In this document: piece after piece, positions 28,023 through 36,294 of the stretch
Layout of the letters: each line of letters begins with the position of its first letter
How positions within the stretch are numbered: the first letter of the stretch is position 1
Virus record (IMG/VR): IMGVR_UViG_3300023184_000038
Location: 79,666-143,665 of that record
DNA length: 64,000 nucleotides
DNA from: a virus
Direction: 5' to 3' (one strand)
Made by a program: the position numbers and the translations under genes
Notes under the pieces: generated by a model
Told to the model about the DNA's origin: nothing
Seen by the model: only the letters and a program-made list of their open reading frames with translations
Databases searched by the model: none

Positions 28023-28226
28023 ATGAATAATTTAAAGAACTTTATTGATAAAGTTTCCTATGTAGAATCAAGACAGGGTAAAACTTTGGCGTTATCTATA
28101 ACTGAAGCCAGAGCGTTGCGTGATGATTTATCTAAATTGTTATTAGATACATATGAAGTTGGACAACACAAAGTAAGTTTGCCGGAACCTACCTTTCAAG
28201 TGGAATTAATAGGTAGGAAATTTTAA
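28023..28226 (+). CDS. Hypothetical protein
   Basis: ORF in operon. Confidence 0.6.
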   Translation: MNNLKNFIDKVSYVESRQGKTLALSITEARALRDDLSKLLLDTYEVGQHKVSLPEPTFQVELIGRKF

Positions 28227-28526
28227 ATGTCACGAACGCAACCAAAAATACTAATTGAGTTAGTAGATAAAATCACATATAAATGTGATCAAATTGTTGA
28301 GGCGGCCGGCATATGGGCAGTATTTTATGATGCCCAACCAATAAATTTAAAATCTCAACATTATTTAGATAGCGAAGCTACTCCAAAATATAAAAAGACA
28401 AGTTTTTCTAATCCTGGCCATGCAAGGAATTTATGTCGTAAATTAAATTTGCAGTTTAAGACGAATAAATTTTCTGTAGTGTTTATGAATTCAGGTACCC
28501 GGGTATATCCCGATGACCAACCGTAA
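28227..28526 (+). CDS. Conserved hypothetical phage protein
   Basis: PKYKKTSFSNPGHARNL motif. Confidence 0.65.
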   Translation: MSRTQPKILIELVDKITYKCDQIVEAAGIWAVFYDAQPINLKSQHYLDSEATPKYKKTSFSNPGHARNLCRKLNLQFKTNKFSVVFMNSGTRVYPDDQP

Positions 28527-28923
28527 GACACTAAAAGAAACTATTACTTCCGCTGTTGTATTACAACTGCCAAATACTTATTCGGATTTCAACGGTATTC
28601 CGGTAGATAAATTATTATTTAAATGGTGGTTTACCGGACGATCAGATGGGTTACGACTTACTGAGTTTGGCGATTCTATGTTTAGATTAGCAGAAATTGA
28701 ATGTTATACAGTTGATTTTCAACGAAGAACAGACATGTCGGACCATGCATATATGTTGGAACTTACTAAAAAAATTAAATGTCCATATTATTTGGGAGTA
28801 AATAAGAGTGAAGATAAAAAGAAAATCCCCTATATCAAATTATATGATAGTAAAATTGCAATGCTTATTAGTTTATACGGAACTCTAGTAGAATACTTAG
28901 ATTCAATAAAGGTAAAATCATGA
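28513..28923 (+). CDS. Hypothetical protein
   Basis: ORF in operon. Confidence 0.6.
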   Translation: MTNRKTLKETITSAVVLQLPNTYSDFNGIPVDKLLFKWWFTGRSDGLRLTEFGDSMFRLAEIECYTVDFQRRTDMSDHAYMLELTKKIKCPYYLGVNKSEDKKKIPYIKLYDSKIAMLISLYGTLVEYLDSIKVKS

Positions 28924-29093
28924 CCGAAGAAAAGAAAAGCAAAAATCCATTCATAGCAATGGCACAAGAAGCTAAAAAGAAAAACACAGTTAGTCCTGGA
29001 TTAGGTAAGGCTACTAAACAACAAGGACCTAAAGTAAACACTAAGGGCTTTGGTAAATCCTCAGTTATGCGTAGAACTGGGCGAGGAGGATAA
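28920..29093 (+). CDS. Small basic protein (57 aa, not in ORF track)
   Basis: MTEEKKSKNPFIAMAQEAKKK...VMRRTGRGG; ATGA overlap. Confidence 0.6.
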   Translation: MTEEKKSKNPFIAMAQEAKKKNTVSPGLGKATKQQGPKVNTKGFGKSSVMRRTGRGG

Positions 29094-29179
29094 ATATTGT
29101 GTCAACGAATATGACAGCATCCGCGTTGTATATATATAGAGTAATTGTCTCTATTCATTTAACTTAAAAGGAACAAAAA

Positions 29180-29515
29180 ATGAAACTAGTACTAGCATTA
29201 ATCGCATCTTTAGGGATTGCATCCGCTTTCGCACAAACAGCCGCACCCGCTGCGGCCCCGGCCAAGAAAGAAGAAGCTAAAAAGACTCCAGCCGACAAGG
29301 TTGAGGCAACGGCACCAGCCGCGGCTAAACCAGTAGCAGCACCGGCAGCAGCAAAATGTGATCCTGTTAAAGATAAGGATTGCAAAGAAGTAAAAATGGC
29401 TAAGAAAAAAGAAGCAGATAAAAAACCCGAAGCAAAAGCTGCGGATGTTAAGCCTGCAAAAAGTGATGCCAAAGAGCCAGCAAAGGCTGCTGATAGCACT
29501 CCGGTTAAAAAATAA
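29180..29515 (+). CDS. Secreted Ala/Lys/Pro-rich protein
   Basis: Signal peptide ending ASAFA-Q; low-complexity body with one Cys pair. Confidence 0.75.
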   Translation: MKLVLALIASLGIASAFAQTAAPAAAPAKKEEAKKTPADKVEATAPAAAKPVAAPAAAKCDPVKDKDCKEVKMAKKKEADKKPEAKAADVKPAKSDAKEPAKAADSTPVKK

Positions 29516-29721
29516 TCAGGTAGTAGAAGAAGAAGATGATGATACAAATGGACCTGACAATGTATATATTGCTACTGCATATAAACGACCTAAAAATAGT
29601 TTGATTACGATATCGGAAGATGACGTTGAACTAACTGAATATGTAAAAACAAGATTATTAATAGCCAGGGCATTTGCTATCAAAAAATATCAAGCGAAAA
29701 GAAATGAAAATTTCTCGATAG

Positions 29722-29760
29722 GATAAATAGATATGAAGTTAGGGTTCTTCTTAAAAACCC
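29722..29760 (+). repeat. Late promoter/hairpin repeat, copy 1
   Basis: GATAAATAGATATGAAGTTAGGGTTCTTCTTAAAAA, 35/36 identical to 31179-31214. Confidence 0.9.
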
Positions 29761-29778
29761 ACCTTTAAGGAATGTTTA

Positions 29779-31176
29779 ATGTCGGACCAAGATAGAATAC
29801 ATAAAGTAATTTCTATTACAAATACTATAAGTCCAACGTTTTGCTTTGCCAAATGGCATCATTCTACTATATATTTACATACACAAAAAACACATAGTTG
29901 TTATCATCCCGCTCCGCATGCAATTCCCATAACAGAATTAATTGAAAACCCAGCAGCATTGCATAATACGCAACAAAAAAAAAATGAACGCAAATTGATG
30001 CTGGATGGTGTCAGCCCCAATGGGTGCCAATATTGTCAAAACATTGAGGCAATTGGTCCTGACTATATTAGTGACCGGCATATTAAAAATGCAATATATT
30101 ACACTCCCGACCGTCAATTAGAAATTACTAATGGAAATTGGAATAATAATATTAATCCTGCATACATTGAGGTAGCATTTAGCAATGAGTGTAATTTTAA
30201 ATGTGGATATTGTAGTCCAGAGTCTAGTTCTAGTTTTTACAATGAACTTAAAAAATTTGGACCATATTATATGTCAGCCAATCATACACTAAGTTTGGAT
30301 AATACATTTGTTCAAATAGAAAATAAAAATACATACATTGATTCTTGGTGGAAATGGTGGCCGGAAATGTCAACCACTCTTAAAACTCTACGAATTACCG
30401 GAGGTGAACCATTATTACATAAAAGCACATGGAATTTATTTGATAAATTAATAAAAGATCCAAAACCTGAATTAGAGTTAAACTTAAATAGTAACTTTGG
30501 AGTAAAATCTATTATAGTTGACAAATTAATTGAAAACGTAAATTTACTTAAAGAGACTAAATCCATTAAACAATTTAAATTATTTTCTAGCATGGATACA
30601 TGGGGTACTAGGGCCGAATATATCCGTACAGGATTAGACTTAACCTTATGGGAACAGAATCTGGATACTTTTATTAGAAATACCCATTCTGAAGTTTCAA
30701 TAATGTGTACGTTTAATATATTAAGTGTTACTTCATTTATTTCTTTTTTACAAAAAGTATTGGACTGGCGCACTACATATAACTCTATAATTAAGGTTGA
30801 CCGCAGCGGCCGGCCTAATTATAGAAAAATAAGATTTGATACTCCTTATCTAAAAGAACCAATCCAATATGATATGCACCTTTTACCAAAAGAAGAATTT
30901 CTTTATTATTTTGATAATATAGTAGATTTTATCAAGTGTAATCTAGATGAAGAAGATATTACAAAATTTTCAAATATGGAATATGAAAAGTTTCGAAGGG
31001 TGCGTGATTACTTTGCCACAGTACAATACAATACCGATAAACTAGTAGAAGGACGAACGTGCTTTTATAAATGGTTTACAGAATATGACCTTAGAAGAAA
31101 TACTAACTTATTGACAGTATTTCCGGAAATGACAGATTTTTATACACAATGTAAAAATCAAGATAATATCACCTAA
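29779..31176 (+). CDS. Radical SAM protein with N-terminal twitch/SPASM-like domain
   Basis: CFAKW..SCYH..CQYC; CNFKCGYC; ITGGEPLL. Confidence 0.88.
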   Translation: MSDQDRIHKVISITNTISPTFCFAKWHHSTIYLHTQKTHSCYHPAPHAIPITELIENPAALHNTQQKKNERKLMLDGVSPNGCQYCQNIEAIGPDYISDRHIKNAIYYTPDRQLEITNGNWNNNINPAYIEVAFSNECNFKCGYCSPESSSSFYNELKKFGPYYMSANHTLSLDNTFVQIENKNTYIDSWWKWWPEMSTTLKTLRITGGEPLLHKSTWNLFDKLIKDPKPELELNLNSNFGVKSIIVDKLIENVNLLKETKSIKQFKLFSSMDTWGTRAEYIRTGLDLTLWEQNLDTFIRNTHSEVSIMCTFNILSVTSFISFLQKVLDWRTTYNSIIKVDRSGRPNYRKIRFDTPYLKEPIQYDMHLLPKEEFLYYFDNIVDFIKCNLDEEDITKFSNMEYEKFRRVRDYFATVQYNTDKLVEGRTCFYKWFTEYDLRRNTNLLTVFPEMTDFYTQCKNQDNIT

Positions 31177-31178
31177 AT

Positions 31179-31217
31179 GATAAATAGATATGAAGTTAGA
31201 GTTCTTCTTAAAAATTC
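31179..31217 (+). repeat. Late promoter/hairpin repeat, copy 2
   Basis: Matches 29722-29757. Confidence 0.9.
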
Positions 31218-31244
31218 AACACTAACACACACAGAAGAAAAAAT

Positions 31245-31430
31245 ATGTTAAACCAATTAGCAGGTTATTTTCATAACCTATTCAATAAATTCGGCAGGCC
31301 CCAGACTTATGGCTCTGCACTAGAAGAATATATAGTAAGCCATTCCCCAAAAAATACATGTGACATAGATCGGTTGATCCATCAATTTGAAATTTCTCAA
31401 AAGAAAAATACCGGGAGATTATGGTTGTGA
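31245..31430 (+). CDS. Small hypothetical protein
   Basis: ORF after late promoter. Confidence 0.6.
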   Translation: MLNQLAGYFHNLFNKFGRPQTYGSALEEYIVSHSPKNTCDIDRLIHQFEISQKKNTGRLWL

Positions 31431-31528
31431 CTTACTAGTGACTAGTTACTGACGAAGAATGGGAGAGGTTGAATTACCCTGAAAAATTTCAACCCAAAAC
31501 TAAATAACATACATTCAAAGGATCCATT

Positions 31529-31774
31529 ATGTTTACACCTGATTTTTATATTGATTTACTACAATCCTCAAAAAGGATGGCAACTAATCAAATTTACAAA
31601 GACGAGAGATTAAATAAGGTTGCCAACAACTTTATAGATGCCCAAACAGTCTTTGCAAAGATGATGGTAAAGAATACAATAGAGATGTTGTCTTATGCTG
31701 CGGACAGCATGAGCAAAACAATTTATCCTCATAGTGAGGATGAAACAGTCAAGGTAAAGACTGAGAAAAAATAA
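31529..31774 (+). CDS. Small helical protein, possibly phasin-like
   Basis: Amphipathic helix FIDAQTVFAK; TAAATA box and RBS upstream. Confidence 0.45.
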   Translation: MFTPDFYIDLLQSSKRMATNQIYKDERLNKVANNFIDAQTVFAKMMVKNTIEMLSYAADSMSKTIYPHSEDETVKVKTEKK

Positions 31775-31814
31775 GCCAGTTCACACACACCGACATTAAC
31801 ACAAGGAGAATAAT

Positions 31815-32069
31815 ATGTCATTACCCGAAGTAAAATTCAACAAAAACGGTTACGAGATTCGTACTCAGATTCTAGATATGGCTAAAGGCCTTATTTCTGA
31901 AGAATATCATTCTAAGTTCAACGGCTGGGAAATGACTGTTGCTAAGGATGAAAAAACTGGCAAGCTAGTTACTACAGTAGGTATGCCTGAATTTCCAGGA
32001 CTTGACAAGGTTTTAGAAACTGCTGAAAAAATGTATGCTTTTGTAAACCAAAATACAACTAAGAAGTAA
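31815..32069 (+). CDS. Conserved hypothetical phage protein
   Basis: NGYEIRTQILDMAK...AEKMYAFV; strong RBS. Confidence 0.7.
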   Translation: MSLPEVKFNKNGYEIRTQILDMAKGLISEEYHSKFNGWEMTVAKDEKTGKLVTTVGMPEFPGLDKVLETAEKMYAFVNQNTTKK

Positions 32070-32082
32070 TTCTTACCAAAAA

Positions 32083-32108
32083 GAATGCCCTATTGATTTA
32101 GGGCATTC
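32083..32108. terminator. Hairpin, probable terminator
   Basis: GAATGCCCTA/TAGGGCATTC 10-bp stem; A-run on the left side. Confidence 0.55.
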
Positions 32109-32113
32109 CTGCC

Positions 32114-32142
32114 TTGACAGTAAATATGGGTTGTGATATACT
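32114..32142 (+). promoter_or_regulatory. sigma70 promoter, divergent relative of the cassette repeat
   Basis: TTGACAGTAAAT..GTGATATACT, 17-bp spacer. Confidence 0.7.
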
Positions 32143-32173
32143 ATACTCTTCATTAATTTGCAAGTAATATGTT

Positions 32174-33565
32174 ATGAAAAATATAATTTTACTAAGTTTA
32201 TTTATTTTAACGGGTTGCGGGGGCGGTGGCGGTTCCGAAGTTGCTGATAAAATAGATCGATTGCCGATATCAACGCAAGTAAAACCGATCGAGACAATAA
32301 ATTTTGCAACAACTGCATGTTCAGTGCCATCCTACAAATACGGCGAGGTACAATTTCCAATAGAATATTTGAATACAACTACGTTAACAATTAATAATTC
32401 TACCCAACGATTACCAAATTCTGTCAATCGGGCCCTGGCTACTAAAGATGATTGGCCTAGTCGAGGTGGTCCTTGGGCCTTTAAGGCTGATTCAGGATGT
32501 AATAACCAATCAACTTATGCTTATAATTTATGGAAAGAAACTCTAACCCGTATTGCCTCTGCAGGTGCTGACAGAGTTTATATATACAATCGTGGTGATT
32601 GGGATGATTTAACAAAATCAGTTTGGACAGGAGTTAATCAAGCAGTATCCAATGAGGAATTAAAATTTATTGTGGATGAGGCTACAAAAAGAAAACTTAA
32701 AGTGTATTATATATGGCAGTTGGCTGACCATGACATAACACCAAATCATAATCGTATTCCTACTTCTGATGAAAATAATACCTTATCTTTAGTTGATTTA
32801 ACTAAATTAATGAATGCATGGCATAAATTATTGTTAGAACAAGCCGCATACGCTAATAAAATTGGTATTTCGGGAATGTCGGTTGATGTAACCTTAAATA
32901 CGTTTATTTCAAGTGAAAATAGAGAGTACTGGGTAACAAAAACAGTTGATATAATAAATGACGTTAGAAAGATATATTTTGGTGAACTTATTTACGGTGC
33001 CGGACGTTCTAGGGTTCCCAACGAACATTTAACTGTTAATATTCTTGATCATAGAATTGTTTCAAAAGTTGATGCGGTAATGATCCCATTGCATATTGAT
33101 ATGAGTACCGTAATGCAACACGATAGTGCCTCATATAAAAATTTAACAATGCAATTTTTAAAAGAGGCAAAAATTGATATAGATAAGCAACTAAACGGAG
33201 TTCCATTTAATGTTCCAATTATATTTGCGGGTCACAAAACTTCCACCAATGAAAATAAAGATATTGAGGATTCATTTTGTGTAGCAGATTATAATTGGAC
33301 TTCCACGACGGTTCAGCTAGAATGTATACAACGGTCTATTTTATCAAATTTTCATAAACAGGCAAACGCAATTCAAGGAATATTTGAGGCTATTATTTCT
33401 CAACTATATTTTACAAATAATTACACGATATTAATTGATGGATATTGGTTTACTGATGATTTAATTCCGGGTAATGATATTCATACAGGGTTTCCTAATT
33501 TATCTAGGTCTATTCGGAATAAACCTGCAGAAAACATAGTTAAAAATTGGTTTTCCAAAGGTTGA
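32174..33565 (+). CDS. Lipoprotein with probable TIM-barrel glycoside-hydrolase-like domain
   Basis: Lipobox LTGC then GGGGGS; LKFIVDEATKRKLKV, INDVRKIYFGELIY, IRNKPAENIVKNWF resemble GH113-type barrels. Confidence 0.55.
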   Translation: MKNIILLSLFILTGCGGGGGSEVADKIDRLPISTQVKPIETINFATTACSVPSYKYGEVQFPIEYLNTTTLTINNSTQRLPNSVNRALATKDDWPSRGGPWAFKADSGCNNQSTYAYNLWKETLTRIASAGADRVYIYNRGDWDDLTKSVWTGVNQAVSNEELKFIVDEATKRKLKVYYIWQLADHDITPNHNRIPTSDENNTLSLVDLTKLMNAWHKLLLEQAAYANKIGISGMSVDVTLNTFISSENREYWVTKTVDIINDVRKIYFGELIYGAGRSRVPNEHLTVNILDHRIVSKVDAVMIPLHIDMSTVMQHDSASYKNLTMQFLKEAKIDIDKQLNGVPFNVPIIFAGHKTSTNENKDIEDSFCVADYNWTSTTVQLECIQRSILSNFHKQANAIQGIFEAIISQLYFTNNYTILIDGYWFTDDLIPGNDIHTGFPNLSRSIRNKPAENIVKNWFSKG

Positions 33566-33622
33566 CATTAAATGGATTTGGTGATATAATAGAGTCTTAG
33601 TCAGTAAAGAAAAGGAAATAAA

Positions 33623-33853
33623 ATGCAAGTAGGAACACTTATCAAGTCTTTTGACTTCCCCGGAAATCTAAACTGCTACATGATTGGTACCGTTACAAAG
33701 GTCGTAGATGACCTCATTACATGCGTAACTATACGTCAAGTATTTGACGGTAAGGCATTACCCCTTGAAGAATTCAATAAGGAATTCCGTACAGGGGTGC
33801 AGGGCTCTGGTATGTTTGACGACAAGTTTGAACGTGTCATAATCTTAGGTTGA
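33623..33853 (+). CDS. Cassette hypothetical protein
   Basis: Between promoter repeats; stop TGA lies inside next TTGACA. Confidence 0.75.
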   Translation: MQVGTLIKSFDFPGNLNCYMIGTVTKVVDDLITCVTIRQVFDGKALPLEEFNKEFRTGVQGSGMFDDKFERVIILG

Positions 33854-33911
33854 CATTAAATGGTTTTGGGTGTATAATAGACTCTTAAACAGTTAATTAA
33901 TGGACAGTATT

Positions 33912-34166
33912 ATGCAACAGACATACCTCTATTTCACACCGGAATTTGTCAAGGAAGTCCTGCAGATGCACGATTTCCATTGTGTCTTTGAACTGGATGC
34001 ACCCGATCACATCTTTGCCAGGCTGATGACAGCCGAGTTCTACTCAACCCGAGATGTCCGTGAACGTGAGGCTGAGTTTAAACAATGCTGGGCACTAAGC
34101 GAGATATACTGCCCACACGAAGGCATTGACCGTCGTAGCGAATACGGAATAGAGACCGTAGGTTGA
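33912..34166 (+). CDS. Cassette hypothetical protein
   Basis: Between promoter repeats; visibly higher GC; stop inside next TTGACA. Confidence 0.7.
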   Translation: MQQTYLYFTPEFVKEVLQMHDFHCVFELDAPDHIFARLMTAEFYSTRDVREREAEFKQCWALSEIYCPHEGIDRRSEYGIETVG

Positions 34167-34224
34167 CATTAAATGGATTTTGTGATATAATAGATACTTA
34201 GACAGTTAATTAAAGGACTACACA

Positions 34225-34491
34225 ATGGCTAAAAAAATCTCTATCAAAGTTTTCGCAGATCCAAGTCATGCATGGGCCCGCTTCCCTAAATCACATTTGG
34301 TAGCACTTGGTATTGAGAATAAGATTTCTACTTACAGTTACCAAAACGGCACTAATGCTTTCTTGGAAGAAGACTGTGATTTGCCAGTACTGGTTAACGC
34401 ACTCCGGCAGCGTGGATATGAAATTAAATTCAACGAAAGCCATGCTAATAAGCAAAGCAAAATCCGCAATTACTCTACATACCGGGCTTGA
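34225..34491 (+). CDS. Cassette hypothetical protein (DPSHAW...LEEDCD family)
   Basis: Between promoter repeats; stop inside next TTGACA. Confidence 0.75.
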   Translation: MAKKISIKVFADPSHAWARFPKSHLVALGIENKISTYSYQNGTNAFLEEDCDLPVLVNALRQRGYEIKFNESHANKQSKIRNYSTYRA

Positions 34492-34549
34492 CATTAAATA
34501 GGTTTTGTGATATAATAGACTCTTAAACAGTTAATTAAAGGACATTGAA

Positions 34550-34834
34550 ATGACTAAGCAAGATTACACAATGTATATTTACAAAGCAGACAAGCGCACC
34601 AAAACTGGCGAACGTTTGTTCTCGACCACTGTTTGGGTGGCACGTTCCGAAAAAGGTATGCGGCAAGAGTGCAACGAACTCTACAACTTGTACCCTGCTA
34701 CCAAAGGCTGGCGTTTTGAATATGTGCCTACAATGAAAACTGTACGTAACTTGATGTCCGGAGTTGATATCCAAATTCCACACGACACTCCCTGGGCTTG
34801 TAATCCTTCTAGCGAAACTTATTGGTCAACTTAA
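34550..34834 (+). CDS. Cassette hypothetical protein
   Basis: After fourth repeat; C-terminal TPWACNPSSETYWS. Confidence 0.75.
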   Translation: MTKQDYTMYIYKADKRTKTGERLFSTTVWVARSEKGMRQECNELYNLYPATKGWRFEYVPTMKTVRNLMSGVDIQIPHDTPWACNPSSETYWST

Positions 34835-34844
34835 GGAAAATAAA

Positions 34845-35528
34845 ATGGCACGTACCCCAGTATCTACTTTTTCATACCCCTCAGAATTGGTTTGGGCAGC
34901 AGCCGCAGCCGCACATAGGGTAGTTGGTACTTATATTAAAGTTAGTTCACCAATCGGTACTGAATCATCGGATAATAAGCAGTCTCCGGCTAAGCCACTG
35001 GCAGTCGCAGTTGTTCAGTCTAACCGTACCATAATGGAAAAGTTTATTGCAGAGAAATCTGTAACTGATGCTGACCTGGAAGAAGGTGAAAAAATTCGTA
35101 AATTTTTTCAGGGGTTGACTTTTCAAATTCTTAAAGGTAAAGTGTTATCCGATTTTGACAATAACGCCCTGGCAATAAGTTGCCGAGACACCATTACGTC
35201 TAATTATGAATTGGCAGTAATTGCTAGTTTGCCTGCAGGATATGAACGTGGGCAAAAAAGAGCAAATATTCAAGGTCGCATTGACTTTGCTAAGGGCGGA
35301 TTTATTGCTAAAGTGGGAGATAAGATTACTCTTAATATTGAAGTGCTTAAATCTGTATACTCTCAACAATGGGGAGTTTTTTACAGTACTGCAATTACTG
35401 ATAATGACCAAGTACTTTTCTTCAGTTACAAAACTGAATTAGCGGCTGGTGCTTTTATTAAAATATCGTGTACAGTTAAGGCTCACCGGGACAATTTAAC
35501 TCAACTTAACCGTGTAAAAATTCTTTAA
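34845..35528 (+). CDS. Hypothetical protein with probable C-terminal OB fold
   Basis: ATG 34845 with AAGGA RBS; GDKITLNIEV...TVKAH..TQLNRVK. Confidence 0.55.
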   Translation: MARTPVSTFSYPSELVWAAAAAAHRVVGTYIKVSSPIGTESSDNKQSPAKPLAVAVVQSNRTIMEKFIAEKSVTDADLEEGEKIRKFFQGLTFQILKGKVLSDFDNNALAISCRDTITSNYELAVIASLPAGYERGQKRANIQGRIDFAKGGFIAKVGDKITLNIEVLKSVYSQQWGVFYSTAITDNDQVLFFSYKTELAAGAFIKISCTVKAHRDNLTQLNRVKIL

Positions 35529-35543
35529 TTTTAAAGATAATCA

Positions 35544-35678
35544 ATGAATGAACAATTAAGAAAACTAGTAGAACGAGCCGGCGCGCCTGCTGATGTACTA
35601 AATGAAATTTGGTTTCATATATTTTGTCAAAAGTTTGCCAATCTGTTACTTGCTGAAATGGAAGATGATTTTAAATGA
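35544..35678 (+). CDS. Divergent MNE(R/Q)..KFA family micro-protein (44 aa)
   Basis: MNEQLRKLVERAG...QKFANLLL; resembles the 53733-54354 paralogs. Confidence 0.5.
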   Translation: MNEQLRKLVERAGAPADVLNEIWFHIFCQKFANLLLAEMEDDFK

Positions 35679-35762
35679 ATTCTACTTTAGCGTATCGGAT
35701 TGAGATATTTCTTGTTATGTTTGTAACAATATTTTTTACTTTAATTTATATGGGAGTTTTTT

Positions 35763-35924
35763 ATGAAAAATAATATACTGTATTACAGTTTGGGTATGTT
35801 ACTATTGACCTTCATTACAGGATGTAGTACAATAGCAGGTACAGTGCATGGAATAGGAGATGATGTTAAATCAGGAACTGAAACATTGTCCGGTTGGATC
35901 AAACCCTCTAAACAAGCAAAATAA
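35763..35924 (+). CDS. Entericidin (EcnA/B)-like lipoprotein (53 aa, not in ORF track)
   Basis: Lipobox ITGC then STIAGTVHGIGDDVKSG amphipathic helix. Confidence 0.6.
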   Translation: MKNNILYYSLGMLLLTFITGCSTIAGTVHGIGDDVKSGTETLSGWIKPSKQAK

Positions 35925-35925
35925 T

Positions 35926-36051
35926 ATGAATTTTATTAGTGGATTAATTATTGGTATCATTATTGCTACCGTGGGTATTAGTGGTTTGGCCAACATTGCA
36001 GATAGGGCAGTTGATAAAACCAAAGTAATACTCAAGGAACATATTAAATAA
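35926..36051 (+). CDS. Small membrane protein
   Basis: MNFISGLIIGIIIATVG hydrophobic helix. Confidence 0.55.
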   Translation: MNFISGLIIGIIIATVGISGLANIADRAVDKTKVILKEHIK

Positions 36052-36057
36052 TGTTAT

Positions 36058-36294
36058 ATGTTAAGATTTTTACCTGTGATTATAAAACCACTAGCGGTGA
36101 TTCTATTCGTGTCAATTCTAGTAGTACAGTGGGTAAAAGTAGATAATTCCAAATATGATGATAGTGATTTTATTTCAATTGTTTACCAATGTTCAGAATT
36201 AAATAAATATGACCATGTGCCTAGGCAAGTAGATATAGAATGTGAATTTCGTAGAGAAAACAAACAGCGTAACTTAAAGAAAGTAGTACCATGA
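36058..36294 (+). CDS. Membrane-anchored hypothetical protein
   Basis: N-terminal TM helix, Cys pair. Confidence 0.55.
   Translation: MLRFLPVIIKPLAVILFVSILVVQWVKVDNSKYDDSDFISIVYQCSELNKYDHVPRQVDIECEFRRENKQRNLKKVVP

Larger units (their letters stand above)
33560..34545 (+). repeat. Early-promoter cassette repeat array 1 (4 copies)
   Basis: TTGACATTAAAT.G.TTT.GTGATATAATAGAC.CTTA.ACAGTTAA with -35 boxes at 33562, 33850, 34163, 34488. Confidence 0.93.

Noticed and set aside
29445-29726. 93-aa ORF overlapping the secreted protein
   Set aside because: May be coding in its 3' part, but no convincing start or RBS, so not listed as a feature
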